Assembly (NCBI GenBank): GCA_963796275.1
Contig: CAWCKY010000001.1
Location: 64,001 to 128,000 of the forward strand
Direction: 5' to 3'
DNA: 64,000 nt
From: an uncultured Acidobacteriota bacterium
GTDB lineage: Bacteria > Acidobacteriota > Blastocatellia > RBC074
In this document: positions 32,879-43,878 of the stretch, one piece after another
How the letters are laid out: the number at the start of each line of letters is the position of its first letter
How positions within the stretch are numbered: the first letter of the stretch is position 1
Made by a program: the position numbers and the translations under genes
Notes under the pieces: model-generated
The model's database searches: none
Told to the model about the DNA's origin: nothing
Seen by the model: only the letters and a program-made list of their open reading frames with translations

Positions 32879-33211
32879 AGACTTCTTTTTACAGTACTCT
32901 ATAAATTTCGTTCGGTAAAATCCCGACCTGACATCCGGGATCGTCATTAACCGTCTCCTTCCGCTGAAAAAGGCAACATCTGCACGATAAAGATTTGTCG
33001 GTCTGAAGAGGTTAAACATGAAACTCTCCGAGTTCTTTCAACAGTTGTTCAATCCGATTCACCGTGCAACGATAACGTTCAACTTCCTTGTCCCAACCTC
33101 TCTGTTGCGCATCTTCGATCAGAGCAAGTTCCTGTTTGCGTCGCCGCCGTAAACGTGGCGCATATTCGGGAGTGGTCACGAACTTCGCGCAGCTCAGACT
33201 ATGCTACTGCG

Positions 33212-33528
33212 CTAGTTCAACCAGTAGCTGGGTTGATTAAAATACTGATCAAGCAACATCTCGTATTCGTGCGAAATCAGCTTGCAGCGGTCGTATTCGG
33301 GGCTTCGTTTCACTCTCTTACGCGAGAGATTGACATACACTTTGCCTTGCGCCCAATACATCGCGGTGAGACGAGCACTTTCTTGCCGGGCAACCATTTG
33401 CGCGTGTCAATCACCAGGTAGCGAATCACCCAACTGTCATCATCCAGGATGAAGTCTTCGACGTGGCTGATCTCGCCGTCCGTCGCGAGGATGTCAAAGC
33501 CTTTCAGGTCATTCATACTGCGTAACAT
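33212..33528 (-). pseudogene. PRC-barrel domain protein, frameshifted
   Basis: ATDGEI.HVEDFILDD..WVIRYLVIDTRKWLPGKKVLVSP, then VYVNLSR..VKRSPEY in another frame. Confidence 0.85.
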
Positions 33529-33636
33529 TATTGTTTCCCCTTCTGATTGAGACTTGTACGATAGTTGTTGCCATCGAAACTGGGAAGGCTGGGGTGGCAT
33601 CATAAACCCGACTCCGGCTTATATTTTGATATTTGA

Positions 33637-33679
33637 ATGATAGGCTGATTCGGGAGGTGTGGCTGTCCAGTATTGGACA
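33637..33679 (-). promoter_or_regulatory. Class II Crp/Fnr-type promoter, copy 1
   Basis: Box tgtccagtattggaca 33664-33679, 21 nt, -10 TATCAT. Confidence 0.75.
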
Positions 33680-34170
33680 AGGTTGGAAAGCAGGATGGTG
33701 GGATTAGCAGGAATGTTTGGGGTTGGACAATTTTGAGTATCTGTACGCGCGCCAGGCGACCGGTCGCTCGATTCAGTTGCCGAGCCCGAGCTATCGATTG
33801 AGCCTCTACTGCAGAACGCAGCCGCGCGAGGGGATCTGAGCAAGGTAATCAGCGAGCTTCCGTAATCTGATCATCGCGGAACTCAATCAGGCGCTTCATT
33901 CAGCGACAACCAAACCCTTCGCCCAGGATAGCAATGCCTGTGCAAGCACAAGAAAGCCTAGAAATCAGCATGGCGGCAACACTCAGCGCGCATTAGGATG
34001 CGATGCCCTGCCCGGGGTTTTAATGCCTCGGACAGAGCATGATACGCATTGAGTCCAGTGATAGGAATGACGGTCCTGGAGCCGCACTAGGTTGCTCCTC
34101 CATATGCTTTGCAATAGTGGCGCCCCGCCCCGCTCGGTTACACAATAAACCGCGCTAATCAATAAGAAGT

Positions 34171-34593
34171 CTAACGAAACAGCTCGCGTGCGAGAGTTGA
34201 CACTGCCCTCATAACTGGCTCCACCATGGGGCTGCGGCGGCTGCGGCGGCTGCGCGACTCGCTGAAATTGCTTACCAGCAGCACGCCAACACCAATGCCG
34301 ACGCCGAAAGCGATCAATGACGTTTTGCCGGGGTTCTCGCGACCATAATTAATCGTCTTCTCGTATTGTTCGCTCAGACTCTTGTTTGCTTGATCGTAAA
34401 CTTCACCGGCCTTCTGCTTCATCTGATCTATCATCTCTGCGCCGCGACCCTCAACCTGGTCACGCACGGCTGTATAGGCATTGCTCACTTTGTCAGTTAC
34501 TGTTTGACTGCCATCGGAAGTGGCGGGAGCCGTCGATGTCGCTTCCCCGTTCAGTTTTACTGGTTGCCGTTGGTCCTGAATATTTGGTTTCAT
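34171..34593 (-). CDS. DUF883/ElaB-YqjD-like tail-anchored protein
   Basis: YGRENPGKTSLIAFGVGIGVGVLL; RBS AAGGAG. Confidence 0.75.
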   Translation of the reverse strand: MKPNIQDQRQPVKLNGEATSTAPATSDGSQTVTDKVSNAYTAVRDQVEGRGAEMIDQMKQKAGEVYDQANKSLSEQYEKTINYGRENPGKTSLIAFGVGIGVGVLLVSNFSESRSRRSRRSPMVEPVMRAVSTLARELFR

Positions 34594-34995
34594 ATTGCGC
34601 TCCTTTTATTTGATAGTTTATTGCCTTAAAAGATAAGTTAAGCATTGCGTCGGCCATCTGATGTACCGCTTTTCTCTGTGCGTTCATTCTCATTCTCTCC
34701 ATCGCGCCTCTCCATTCTTGCCGGCTTATTTGCGGCGAAAAATCGCGCCGAGAATCAGCCCGATAGCGCTAGCCATAAGCAGGCTCTTGCCCAGATTGCG
34801 CCGCACTTGTTCGGCAGTGCCATCACTACTGTGCTTGTGGTAACCGTCTCTCCCCCAGACCAGTCACCCATTTGTAGCATGACCGGCAGTTCATAGCGCG
34901 CGGAGGCTCGCTCCTTGCGCCGGTAAATAGCATAGCCATGAACATTTTAATCCTACCTTTCCAATAAGAAGCAGGAGTGAGCAGGCGCTACCTGG

Positions 34996-35920
34996 CTATC
35001 GTCTGAGCCTCCACTGCTGGTTAGTCTGGCTGACATAATCCCACAGCTGGATATTCGCCCCGTTCTGGTTGCCCTGCCCGGCCACGTCGAGACACTTGCC
35101 GTTGTTCACGCTCACGATCCGGTAGTAATTGTCGCCAACCTGTTCCAATCGCCAGCGCTGTTGCGCGTTATCATTCCAGCTCCGCTGGATGATATTCGCC
35201 CCGTTATTATCACGGCCGCCCTCCACGGTGAGCGCCTTGCCGCTGTGCCGGCCGATGATGGCAACCTCACCGTTGCTGAGATCTATCACGTCCCAGTTTT
35301 GATTGGGCTGATTGCCATACTCCCACTGTTGAATGTTGGCCCCCTCTTGCGTACTTCCGCCGGCTACGTCCAGTCCCTTATTACTGCCCCGGTTCATGAT
35401 CGAGCCAGAGTAGCTTACGCGCCCGCTCGGCCGGCCGCCGTAGCCATCACCGCCATCACGACCATTGCCGCGATCATTGCCACCTTCGGACCAACCGCCT
35501 CTCCAAATCGTAGTTGATGCCAAACACATTGCGGTTGTTGGTTACTGCTTCGTAGGAGAAGTTCCTCGACCGCCTGTCGCGGTTGCGTGAATTGTCGTTC
35601 CGCGGGTTGTTGCGCCAATCGTTGTTCCGCGAGAAAGTGCCCGTGCCACGAACACGAACCTCCCGATTCGATTTGAATTCGGTTTTGGTATCGCTGTTAA
35701 AAAGCACAGTCGGATCGCGCCCGCCCTCTCGACTAGTGATCCGTTCCCTGACAGCCTGCTGAGCCCGATCAATCGCCCACTCTCTCGAACCCGTACGATC
35801 CTTCGAGCCTTGTGCCAAGACCCCATCCAGGCTTTCTCTTGCCAGGATAACCACCAGCAAGGTGAAAGCCGAAAATAATGTCCTGCGGCTCACTAATGCA
35901 CTAACTCTAATGTTTTTCAT
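34996..35920 (-). pseudogene. Secreted ricin-B (RICIN) lectin domain protein, frameshifted ~35520
   Basis: QxW repeats, GKCLDVAG, signal peptide. Confidence 0.85.
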
Positions 35921-35931
35921 GATACTTTCCT

Positions 35932-35967
35932 CAGTAGCTTCAGTAGCTTCAGTAGCTTCAGTAGCTA
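35932..35967. repeat. 9-bp tandem repeat (CAGTAGCTT)x4
   Basis: Directly visible just upstream of the lectin gene RBS. Confidence 0.9.
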
Positions 35968-36280
35968 CAGATTAACTTCGAACCAAGCCGCAAAGACCCG
36001 GCTTAGCCACACAATTGCAAAAATAAAGCCCGATTAGTTGCTAAGGTAATGGGGGGAGAGGGGATCACTACGCTACTGACTCATTCCTGGGAAGGAGTGG
36101 GATACTATCTTTGGGAGATTGGATCCCACTCCTGTACGGAGTTGCACCGCTTCCTACATCAGCCTCTGGATATCTCCAGCATCCTATTCCTCCATACATA
36201 TCCCTGCACTGCTTAATACCTTTGGTTAGCGCGTTCAAGAGCAGACACCTGACATGCCAATGGGGCGGTCGCGTGCTCGC

Positions 36281-36430
36281 CTAGATCGCCGCCCGACGCC
36301 TGCTGAACAAGTTGTAGATCAACACCATCGCCGCAATCACAAGCAGCGCGTGAATCAACGAACCGCCGACGCCGCCGACCACGCCCAACAACCACAGAAC
36401 AAGAAAAACTACGAAGATTGTCCAAAGCAT
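36281..36430 (-). CDS. lmo0937/DUF5670 family small membrane protein (49 aa)
   Basis: MLWTIFVVFLVLWLLGVVGGVGGSLIHALLVIA; RBS GGAGG. Confidence 0.9.
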   Translation of the reverse strand: MLWTIFVVFLVLWLLGVVGGVGGSLIHALLVIAAMVLIYNLFSRRRAAI

Positions 36431-36514
36431 ACTTCACCTCCAAATTCAGGCTCTCGCCCGCATCCTCCGGGTCAAGTGCGATAATCCTTTACCTTGACCC
36501 CGGATGATATTTGA

Positions 36515-36557
36515 ATGATAGGCTGACTCGGGAGGGAGGTCCGTTCAATATTGGACC
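36515..36557 (-). promoter_or_regulatory. Class II Crp/Fnr-type promoter, copy 2
   Basis: Box 36542-36557, 21 nt, -10 TATCAT. Confidence 0.75.
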
Positions 36558-36605
36558 AGGTTGAAAAGAATTATTGCTAGGTCCACAGACAGGCGCAGCC
36601 CGCGC

Positions 36606-37183
36606 TAGGCAATCTGGGCCAGGTTGGCAGTAAGCTTCTTTTCTTTGATAATGAGAATGTGAAATCCTCAGTTCGTTGCGGATTCTCTGCGGTTCCTCCA
36701 GCCGAGTTTGCGGGCCAGTCGCAGCAGTGTCTTGCCCAGTCGTTGTTTGTTATCAACCATCACCAGATTGGCGATGACCTGCTGTTGGTCGGCAATCCGC
36801 ACCGCCAGGTACTGCGCGAAGCCCTCAAACAGCGCGTCCTGGCTTAACCACGCAAAGAACTTGGAACAAGGTATCTGTTTTAAGACCGTTTCTTCCATGG
36901 CGGTCGCTGTTTCCAGACGTGAGCTTAACCCGGACAGGCACTGCTCGCCGAAAATATCTCCCGCCGTATGAATGGCCAGCAGGCACTCTCTGCCTTCAGG
37001 CGAGAGCATCAGCAGTTTGATCTGTCCACTTTCAATGAAGTAGACCATCTCGTCCTGGTCTCCACAAGTGTAGACGTGATCATGTTTCGCGATCGTAATG
37101 GCGCACGAATTGAGGTTCTCGTGCCGCAATGAATCGCGCAATTGTTGTTTGAACAGTTCAGCTTGAGGAATCTCTTGGATCAT
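36606..37183 (-). pseudogene. Crp/Fnr regulator paralogue with the HTH deleted
   Basis: Highly similar to 40560-41240 but lacks the KDPRS...VFMQ segment. Confidence 0.85.
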
Positions 37184-37346
37184 GATCGTGTCTCCGCGCT
37201 ACTGCTCCTTACTTATCCGCTGTCAATTTAATACCTCCAACAAAACTCCGCAGCATTTCACTTCGAAGAGGTGGGAGAGCTTGATCGAACATCAGCGTTG
37301 GCGTGGCGCCCTCAATGACCTTGCCTCGCCTCGGTTGTGTCGGACT

Positions 37347-37820
37347 TTATACAACCCCTCCTGACTTCAAAATTAGCGGCGAACTGTCCCGCCCTCCGTT
37401 TTCCCGCTCGCGCAGCTCTTCCCTCAACGCTTTGGCTTTGCGCGCAAGCGCTTTAAGCCTCTCACGATCTATGCTTGTCATAGCTCCTCTCTGTTGTCCG
37501 TCAGGCGGCCCATTATGATTGGTTTTCGCGTTCGTCTCCTCTCCTTTAAGCAGTATTTCGGACTGATAGAGAGACTTTTCGCTTGCATCGGACTTACGCC
37601 TAGACATCAAGAAGCCGCCGCCTATACTTACTATCAGCACTAGTGCGATAGCCAGGAAAAACCACGCGCTGCCAGCCAGCATTGGAATGCTCAGGTCGTA
37701 TCCGCCGATAATAAGCAACATGAGTGGCCCGACCACTATCAGGATGAACATAATGAGAAAGCGGGGAAATGACCCAACAGAAGTTACCCTGAGTCTTCGT
37801 ATGCTATTTTGAATAGACAT
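37347..37820 (-). CDS. Hypothetical membrane protein
   Basis: RBS AGGAGG, two TM helices. Confidence 0.65.
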   Translation of the reverse strand: MSIQNSIRRLRVTSVGSFPRFLIMFILIVVGPLMLLIIGGYDLSIPMLAGSAWFFLAIALVLIVSIGGGFLMSRRKSDASEKSLYQSEILLKGEETNAKTNHNGPPDGQQRGAMTSIDRERLKALARKAKALREELRERENGGRDSSPLILKSGGVV

Positions 37821-37935
37821 TGATTCCTCCTTATCAGGTGAGCTTTTTTCGGATTGTCAGAGTGATTCCAGAGGAGCTGACGAAGTTGAGGTCCTGCCTC
37901 TCTTGCTGCAACTTAGAAGGTACTTTTCTTTCAAA

Positions 37936-38274
37936 TCACGGGGTGAAGCTGGAAACCGCCGCCGGCTCGGAGTCGAACGTCTCAAATATAGAGGTGAGCT
38001 TCGTAATGGCCAGCAGAGTTTGCAAACGATCACTCAGATGGAGCAGCTTCAGATTACCGCTCACGCCTTGCAAAGTCCTATAACAGGAGATGAGCTCACC
38101 CAGCCCACTGATGTCCATGTATGGAACTCTTGCAAAGTTGACGATCAGTTTACGGGTCCCGGCATCGATAGCGGCATTGACCTTTTTTCTGAACTGTACA
38201 TTTCCTTCCAGAGCGAGGTTGCCATCGAGATCCAGAACTGTGATATCGTTTAGCGCGCGCTCGTTGATTTTCAT
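37936..38274 (-). CDS. STAS domain anti-anti-sigma factor
   Basis: ITVLDLDG, VPYMDISGLGEL, LLAITKL. Confidence 0.9.
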   Translation of the reverse strand: MKINERALNDITVLDLDGNLALEGNVQFRKKVNAAIDAGTRKLIVNFARVPYMDISGLGELISCYRTLQGVSGNLKLLHLSDRLQTLLAITKLTSIFETFDSEPAAVSSFTP

Positions 38275-38365
38275 CTCTATTCCTTAGTTTCACTCTACAG
38301 CTTTGCGCGAAGAGTAGTACCAAAGTGTAATCGGGAAAGCCCACACTGCAACGGGCGCAGTGACC

Positions 38366-39040
38366 TTATTCTTCGTCAACACATCTTTTGGCCGTCACGC
38401 CTTCGCCATACACGTCTCGCATATCATCTTTGTCCGGCTTAATAACCACGCCCTCGAGTTCAAGCCCAGCAAAAAGCCCTTTGCTGCGCGAGTAGGAGAG
38501 TATCTGCGCATTGAGCTTCAGGTCAGTCGCAGCCCCGGCCTGCCGACCGATCGGTCCGGCAGCCACTGAAATGTCTCTACCCATTGTGAACTGGTCTGAC
38601 AGAAGACTGTTCAACCCATCCTTATTCATGAAGAGCATCACAAAATCCGTTGATTGGGCGCCAGCCTGAGGATCGAAGCCGCTGCCACCCAAATTGAAAA
38701 AGGCCGGGGCGCTCCAAGCCTTCGCCGTGCGGCAACTAACCACACCGCGACCTCCACGTCCGCCAAAAACACCCCCTGCATTGAAGAACGAAGGGAAGAC
38801 CGCGACACACGCAGCGCCATCCAATAAATTTAGGGGAATCGATTTGTCTGCCATGTCCATAATCTCACGAAAGACGTGTGCCGCCTTTCCTGATTGCTTG
38901 GTCCCATCCTGGAGATTGTTCTCGACCTGCCCCCGCGCTACTGTGCTCACAGCCAGCGCCAAGCAAAATACTCCTACCATGTGCCTGATGCCAGCCGCTG
39001 ACCAGCGATCAAAACCTGAGTTTTCGGAGAATCTCATCAT
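38366..39040 (-). CDS. Ysc84/SYLF lipid-binding domain protein
   Basis: GGRGGRGVVSCR, WSAPAF, SVAAGPIGR, YSRSKGLFAG. Confidence 0.88.
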   Translation of the reverse strand: MMRFSENSGFDRWSAAGIRHMVGVFCLALAVSTVARGQVENNLQDGTKQSGKAAHVFREIMDMADKSIPLNLLDGAACVAVFPSFFNAGGVFGGRGGRGVVSCRTAKAWSAPAFFNLGGSGFDPQAGAQSTDFVMLFMNKDGLNSLLSDQFTMGRDISVAAGPIGRQAGAATDLKLNAQILSYSRSKGLFAGLELEGVVIKPDKDDMRDVYGEGVTAKRCVDEE

Positions 39041-39389
39041 TATTGCTTCTCTCCTCGTCTGTTGCCCGAAGCAGTTCCCGGTAAACCTGATTAGTTGTTG
39101 CCGCCTCTTGCTTGAGGTCTTCTAAATGACCTTGGAGCTGGTCGTCTAGAGGGCAGATGATTTGAATCTGGTTATCTTTCACAATTGGCGATTGTAATGA
39201 GTATGTCTGCTCGCCGTGTTTTTCCCACACTCGATTGAAGGTCTCGATCCAGAGTCCGCTGGGACTGCTTGAGAGACTAAACGCAATAATGAATTGGTCT
39301 TTACCTTCTTTGTTGTTGCCTTCTCTGCGCGGTAATCTGGATATGCTATTGCCAACGATGGTGACGTCAGTGAAATGGGTTTCGGCCAT
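39009..39389 (-). CDS. Hypothetical protein (ORF may extend to 39725)
   Basis: MAETHFTDV start after AAAGG; coupled to the SYLF gene. Confidence 0.5.
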   Translation of the reverse strand: MAETHFTDVTIVGNSISRLPRREGNNKEGKDQFIIAFSLSSSPSGLWIETFNRVWEKHGEQTYSLQSPIVKDNQIQIICPLDDQLQGHLEDLKQEAATTNQVYRELLRATDEERSNNDEILRKLRF

Positions 39390-39762
39390 TTTTTTGCCTT
39401 TCAAGAGATTGCGGGTGGAGCTGTAGTTAGATGGGAGCTCAGATACTGTATAACATTGATTATCAGCTACTTTCAGCATCTCAGGCTGAGCCTCGAACCG
39501 ATCCAATTCTTCTCGCTTGAAATTGAGCTTGAATCGAGCCCGCTCTAACTTCCCAGCAGCTCCAAAACCGAAATACTCACCTAGCTTCCGAATAAGAGCG
39601 GAAGAACGGAGATTCCTTTGCTCTAACTCGGCAAGTTGAGCTGCTAGAACTGCAACTTCCTCTTTTAGTTCTTCGCTCCTCCGGTGGAACCACGGAGGGT
39701 CTTGTTCAATCTTTGCGTTGGGCACGTATCACGCTCCTTTTAAATTCTTAAATTCCACACTG

Positions 39763-39805
39763 ATGATCGGCCAGCCCGGAATAAATTGCTGTCCAATATT
39801 GGACG
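39763..39805 (-). promoter_or_regulatory. Class II Crp/Fnr-type promoter, copy 3
   Basis: Box tgtccaatattggacg 39790-39805, 21 nt, -10 GATCAT. Confidence 0.7.
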
Positions 39806-39855
39806 ATCTAAAAGAAAGTCGGTACACCCGATGCCGGCTATTCGTGGGTTTGCGG

Positions 39856-40335
39856 CTATTTATGAACGACAGTGGCCAAGGTTCGTGCTGTGTGTTCGGT
39901 GATGCTCGGCTTCGCTTCAAGATGACTTGCGGATGCCAATCCAGCCGGCTCCGGTTGTGGCGGTATCGCCGGTTGGGAGAGAGAAGTGCGATGATATCTC
40001 TTTGCCTGCCACATAGGGGGAAGCACTCCATAAGCCGCTATCAGGGTTCCGGCCAGTGATAACAGAACACTGACCAGGACAATCCAATTATGATGGAAGA
40101 ACATTCTATCCATGACCAGCAAGGCCATACCGATGATGAAGGAGACAATTCCTGAGAACAGCAGTGTAGGCATTCGGTGTAACTTACCTGCATCGCTCTC
40201 AACCGGCGGCAGAGTGGGATCAGTCGTGGAGAGATGTTTAGCAACCAGCTGAGAAATCACCTGCAACTCCATGCCACAAGATCGGCAGAAATTTTGCTTC
40301 GCTGAAGCCTTTGTTCCACAAGCAGGACAATGCAT
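39856..40335 (-). CDS. Zinc-ribbon membrane protein
   Basis: MHCPACG..FCRSCG, two TMs, PSITEHT. Confidence 0.8.
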   Translation of the reverse strand: MHCPACGTKASAKQNFCRSCGMELQVISQLVAKHLSTTDPTLPPVESDAGKLHRMPTLLFSGIVSFIIGMALLVMDRMFFHHNWIVLVSVLLSLAGTLIAAYGVLPPMWQAKRYHRTSLSQPAIPPQPEPAGLASASHLEAKPSITEHTARTLATVVHK

Positions 40336-40473
40336 GATGATCTCCCAAACTCATTCACATAATAAGGAGCGCGAAAAGCGCGATGAGACCCGTAAAGATC
40401 AGGCTAAGCGGAAAAGCTCCGATGCGTGTTTTCATAAAAGAGCCCGCACTTTTTGAATATGCCGCGTGTGATA

Positions 40474-40516
40474 AGAATCGGCTGGCCCGAGATAAACTGT
40501 TGTTCAGTATTGGACA
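40474..40516 (-). promoter_or_regulatory. Class II Crp/Fnr-type promoter, copy 4
   Basis: Box tgttcagtattggaca 40501-40516, 21 nt, -10 GATTCT. Confidence 0.7.
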
Positions 40517-40559
40517 AGGTTGATAATAAATATTGTGAGGTCGACAGACAGGCACAGCA

Positions 40560-41240
40560 CTAGGCGATCCGAGCCAGGTAAGCAGTGAGCTTCTTTTCCT
40601 TGATAATGAGAAAGTGCTCGGCGTTCGTCTCAATCAGTCCAAGGTTCCGAAATCGCTGCATAAACACGCTGACCCGCGGCCGCGTCGTGCCCACCATCTC
40701 CGACAGTTCTTCGTGCGAAATCTTCAGCTCGATGCGGATGCTCCGCGGGTCTTTCTTGCCGAGTTTGCGTGCCAGTTGCAGTAGCGTCTTGCCCAGTCGT
40801 TGTTCGCTATCAACCATCACCAGGTTGGCGATGACCTGCTGTTGGTCGGCAATCCGCACCGCCAGGTATTGCACGAAGCCCTCAAACAGCGCGTCACGGC
40901 TCAACCGTGCAAAGAACTTGGAACAAGGGACTTGTTTTAAAACCGTTTCTTCCATCGCGGTCGCTGTTTCCAGCCGTGTGCCTAACCCGGACAGGCACAG
41001 CTCGCCGAAAATATCTCCCGCCGTGTGAATGGCCAGCAGGCACTCTCTACCTTCAGGCGAGAGCATCAGCAGTTTGATCTGCCCGCTTTCAATGAAGTAG
41101 ACCATCTCGTCTTGCCCACCACACGTATAGACGTGATCGTGTTTCGCGATCGTAATAGCGCGCGAATTGAGGTTCTCGTTCACCAGCGAATCGCGCAATC
41201 GTTGTTTGAACCGTTCAGCTTGAGGGGTCTCTTGAATCAT
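40560..41240 (-). CDS. Crp/Fnr family transcriptional regulator
   Basis: GDIFGELC, HTH ISHEELSEMVGTTRPRVS; RBS AGGAGA before 41240. Confidence 0.92.
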   Translation of the reverse strand: MIQETPQAERFKQRLRDSLVNENLNSRAITIAKHDHVYTCGGQDEMVYFIESGQIKLLMLSPEGRECLLAIHTAGDIFGELCLSGLGTRLETATAMEETVLKQVPCSKFFARLSRDALFEGFVQYLAVRIADQQQVIANLVMVDSEQRLGKTLLQLARKLGKKDPRSIRIELKISHEELSEMVGTTRPRVSVFMQRFRNLGLIETNAEHFLIIKEKKLTAYLARIA

Positions 41241-41799
41241 GATTGTCTCTCCTTTCGATGCCCATGGTGATGAAGGCGTCGGCCTAATATCCAGGAGAGG
41301 AAGCTTCATCGATTCTCCTTGGCCGGTGCCGCACGAATGCTCGCGCAAGCGGTTCATTGCAGTTTCAGGTAGTTGATTATAAAAAAGTGGGGAGTGTATC
41401 GAGTGAGACAATGTAGGAATGCGCCAGTGCGTGTGCCGTGGGTGCAATACAACTATCAGGCAGATACACAGGTCGGCCCCTACGTTGTCACCTTCATCCT
41501 ACTTGATTGGTCCGGTACCCCCAGTGAAGATGTCTGGTTGACCTTCTCCGCTCTCAACTCAAGATTGGGGGATATTTAAGAAGCTAACGATATTATGTAA
41601 AACACCATAATAAGTGCCGCCAGGATATCCGTCTGTGTGCTGACTCGCTTATAGCCTGACTATTTTTAATGAGGCGCGGGAGAGATTCGAAGGCGGCGCT
41701 CCGGATGAGCGATGGTCACATCAGGCCGGCCACGGACACAGCTTGCCAGTTTGCCAATGGCGATGAGCGTCAGCTTCCGGATTCTATATGTATGCAAGC

Positions 41800-42610
41800 G
41801 GTTCTGGTGCAAATGTTCGAGAGAAGGCAGACTGAGCCTATTTCAACTTCTCCTTACGCGGCAAGCACTGCTTCCCATACTTGCAGGATCATGGCCCCCG
41901 GGCCGGTGATCTCCGATGTGTCGAACTGTCCTTTTTTGATTTTGTTTGCCAACTCGATTCCGCTTAATGTTACTTCCGCATTCCCGAATGTCTTAAACCC
42001 AAGCATCGGATAACACTCTGTTTCACCCTCCGATGATCCTGCTCGATCATGTTATTCAAGTACTTGTTGGTCCGGACGAGCGTTTGAGCGGGCAATACGC
42101 CTTCGGCCTTCAATTCGGCGACGGCTTGATGGGACGCTCTGACTGCCGTCGAGGGTGATCTTCTCCGGGACCTCATTATTACCGATCGCTTTCTTGAAGA
42201 AGCGTACGGCGGCCGCTTGATCCCGATTCTTACTCAGCAGGAAATCGACCGTCTGGCCTTGCTTATCGAACGCGCGGTAGAGATAGCGCCATTGACCCTT
42301 CACTTTGAGATAGGTTTCATCGACTCTCCAGGATGAGCCGACGGGACGCGCATAGTTCTTCCATTTTTTCTCGAAGACGGGAACGAAGCATTGGACCCAT
42401 CGCAAAACGGTGGTATGCACGACCGTGACGCCGCGCTCCGCCATCAGATCGCACACGTCGCGATAACTCAGTTTGTAAGTGACATACCATCGCACGGCCT
42501 GAATGATCAGAAGATGATTGAAATGGCGGCCTTTGAAGAGGGCGGGCTTCTCAGAAGGGAGTTGGGTCATGCCGACGATTATCCATAATTATCGGGTTTG
42601 CACCAGAACC
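41800..42610 (-). mobile_element. IS6 family element, frameshifted transposase
   Basis: Perfect 14-bp IRs GGTTCTGGTGCAAA; WRVDETY, YLNNMIEQDHR. Confidence 0.93.
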
Positions 42611-42665
42611 ATCGAAGTTATAGCTCGAGGCCGGTGTGATCGGAGGGGGCAGATGTGTCGCAGAG

Positions 42666-42829
42666 GTTGTGCGTGCTAATCGGTCATTTTTCTACACATT
42701 TCGTTGTCCCGTTACATCATCTAGTAAGCATAATACTCTGTGTGAATATTCATATGGCCGACGGTCATTTTTCCCGGTAAGAGAAGGATGGGATTTGTCG
42801 GTCTGTGAAAGCAGAGATATCATTAAGTT
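42666..42829 (+). repeat. ~160-bp repeat, copy 1 (res-site-like)
   Basis: Matches 46769-46929, including identical gatgggatttgtcggtctgtgaaagcagagatatcatt. Confidence 0.85.
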
Positions 42830-42891
42830 CGTAAAAGAGACTGGTACTAATCCGGTTGGCTAAGAATTCATGAGAGAAAGGAAAAGATCAT

Positions 42892-43239
42892 ATGTCGGCA
42901 GTTGGACAGTCGCTGATTGAAATTGATGAGCAGGTGTCGCTTGGATCAGTGATACAAAGGTCAAGGTCATTGAGGTCGCGCTTGACAAAACTGGTACACG
43001 GATCGAGTCCGGAAGAGATCCATTTTCAGTACCCACATCTGTCACTTGCCCAGGTTTACGCCGCACTCGCCTACTATTATGACCATCAGAATGAGCTTGA
43101 CTCCGAAATCCAGCGTCGTTTGCATGAGATCAATGAGATGGCCGCTCATGAAGCGACTAGGCCGCTCCAAGAAAGATTGCGCAAGTTCAGGCGTGGGCCG
43201 ATTATAGAGTCGCTGCTAGTTTCCATTCATCCACAATGA
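42892..43239 (+). pseudogene. DUF433 domain protein with local frameshifts
   Basis: GSSPEEIHFQYPHLSLAQVYAALAYYYDH. Confidence 0.8.
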
Positions 43240-43255
43240 GTACTGAGGAAAAAGA

Positions 43256-43480
43256 ATGACTCCGCTAAAGATTACAACAGTTGGAAATTCCGTCGGCATC
43301 ATTCTCCCCAAAGAGCTTTTGGAAAAGCTCAGAGTTGATCAAGGAGACACTCTCTTTGTGATAGAGACCCAAAACGGCATTGAGCTGATTCCCTATAACC
43401 CAGAGCTAGCAGCCCACATGGAGATTGCCGAGCGGGTCATGCAAGAGGATCGCGACGTTCTCCAGAGGCTGGCAGAATAG
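43256..43480 (+). CDS. AbrB/MazE-family antitoxin
   Basis: LKITTVGNSVGIILPKELL. Confidence 0.9.
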   Translation: MTPLKITTVGNSVGIILPKELLEKLRVDQGDTLFVIETQNGIELIPYNPELAAHMEIAERVMQEDRDVLQRLAE

Positions 43481-43878
43481 TGGGTGAATACGTTTGGCTA
43501 TTGCCGGAAGTGCTCCTGGCTATTCACGGGCGTCAGATTGCCGAACACGGCGGCGATCCCGGAGTGCGCGACGTGGGGCTTTTCGAGTCAGCTCTGGCAC
43601 GCCCGTAAAACCTGCTGGCCTATGGTGAGCCTGCGCCGGACATCGCCGCACTCGCCGCCGCCTATGCATATGGATTGAGTAAGAATCATCCTTTTATCGA
43701 TGGAAATAAGCGAGTGGCTTATGTGGCGGCGCGCACCTTCCTTCTGCTGAATGGTTGGGATATCTCGGCAGCTCCAGAAGAAAAATATCTGACGATGCTC
43801 TCACTGGCTGAAGGCAGTCTATCGGAAGAAGAGCTTGCCGACTGGTTTCGTACCCGGCTTATTGAACAGCCGAAATGA
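43480..43878 (+). pseudogene. doc: Doc/Fic toxin with a premature TAA at 43606-43608
   Basis: GVRDVGLFESALARP*NL; HPFIDGNKR. Confidence 0.9.
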
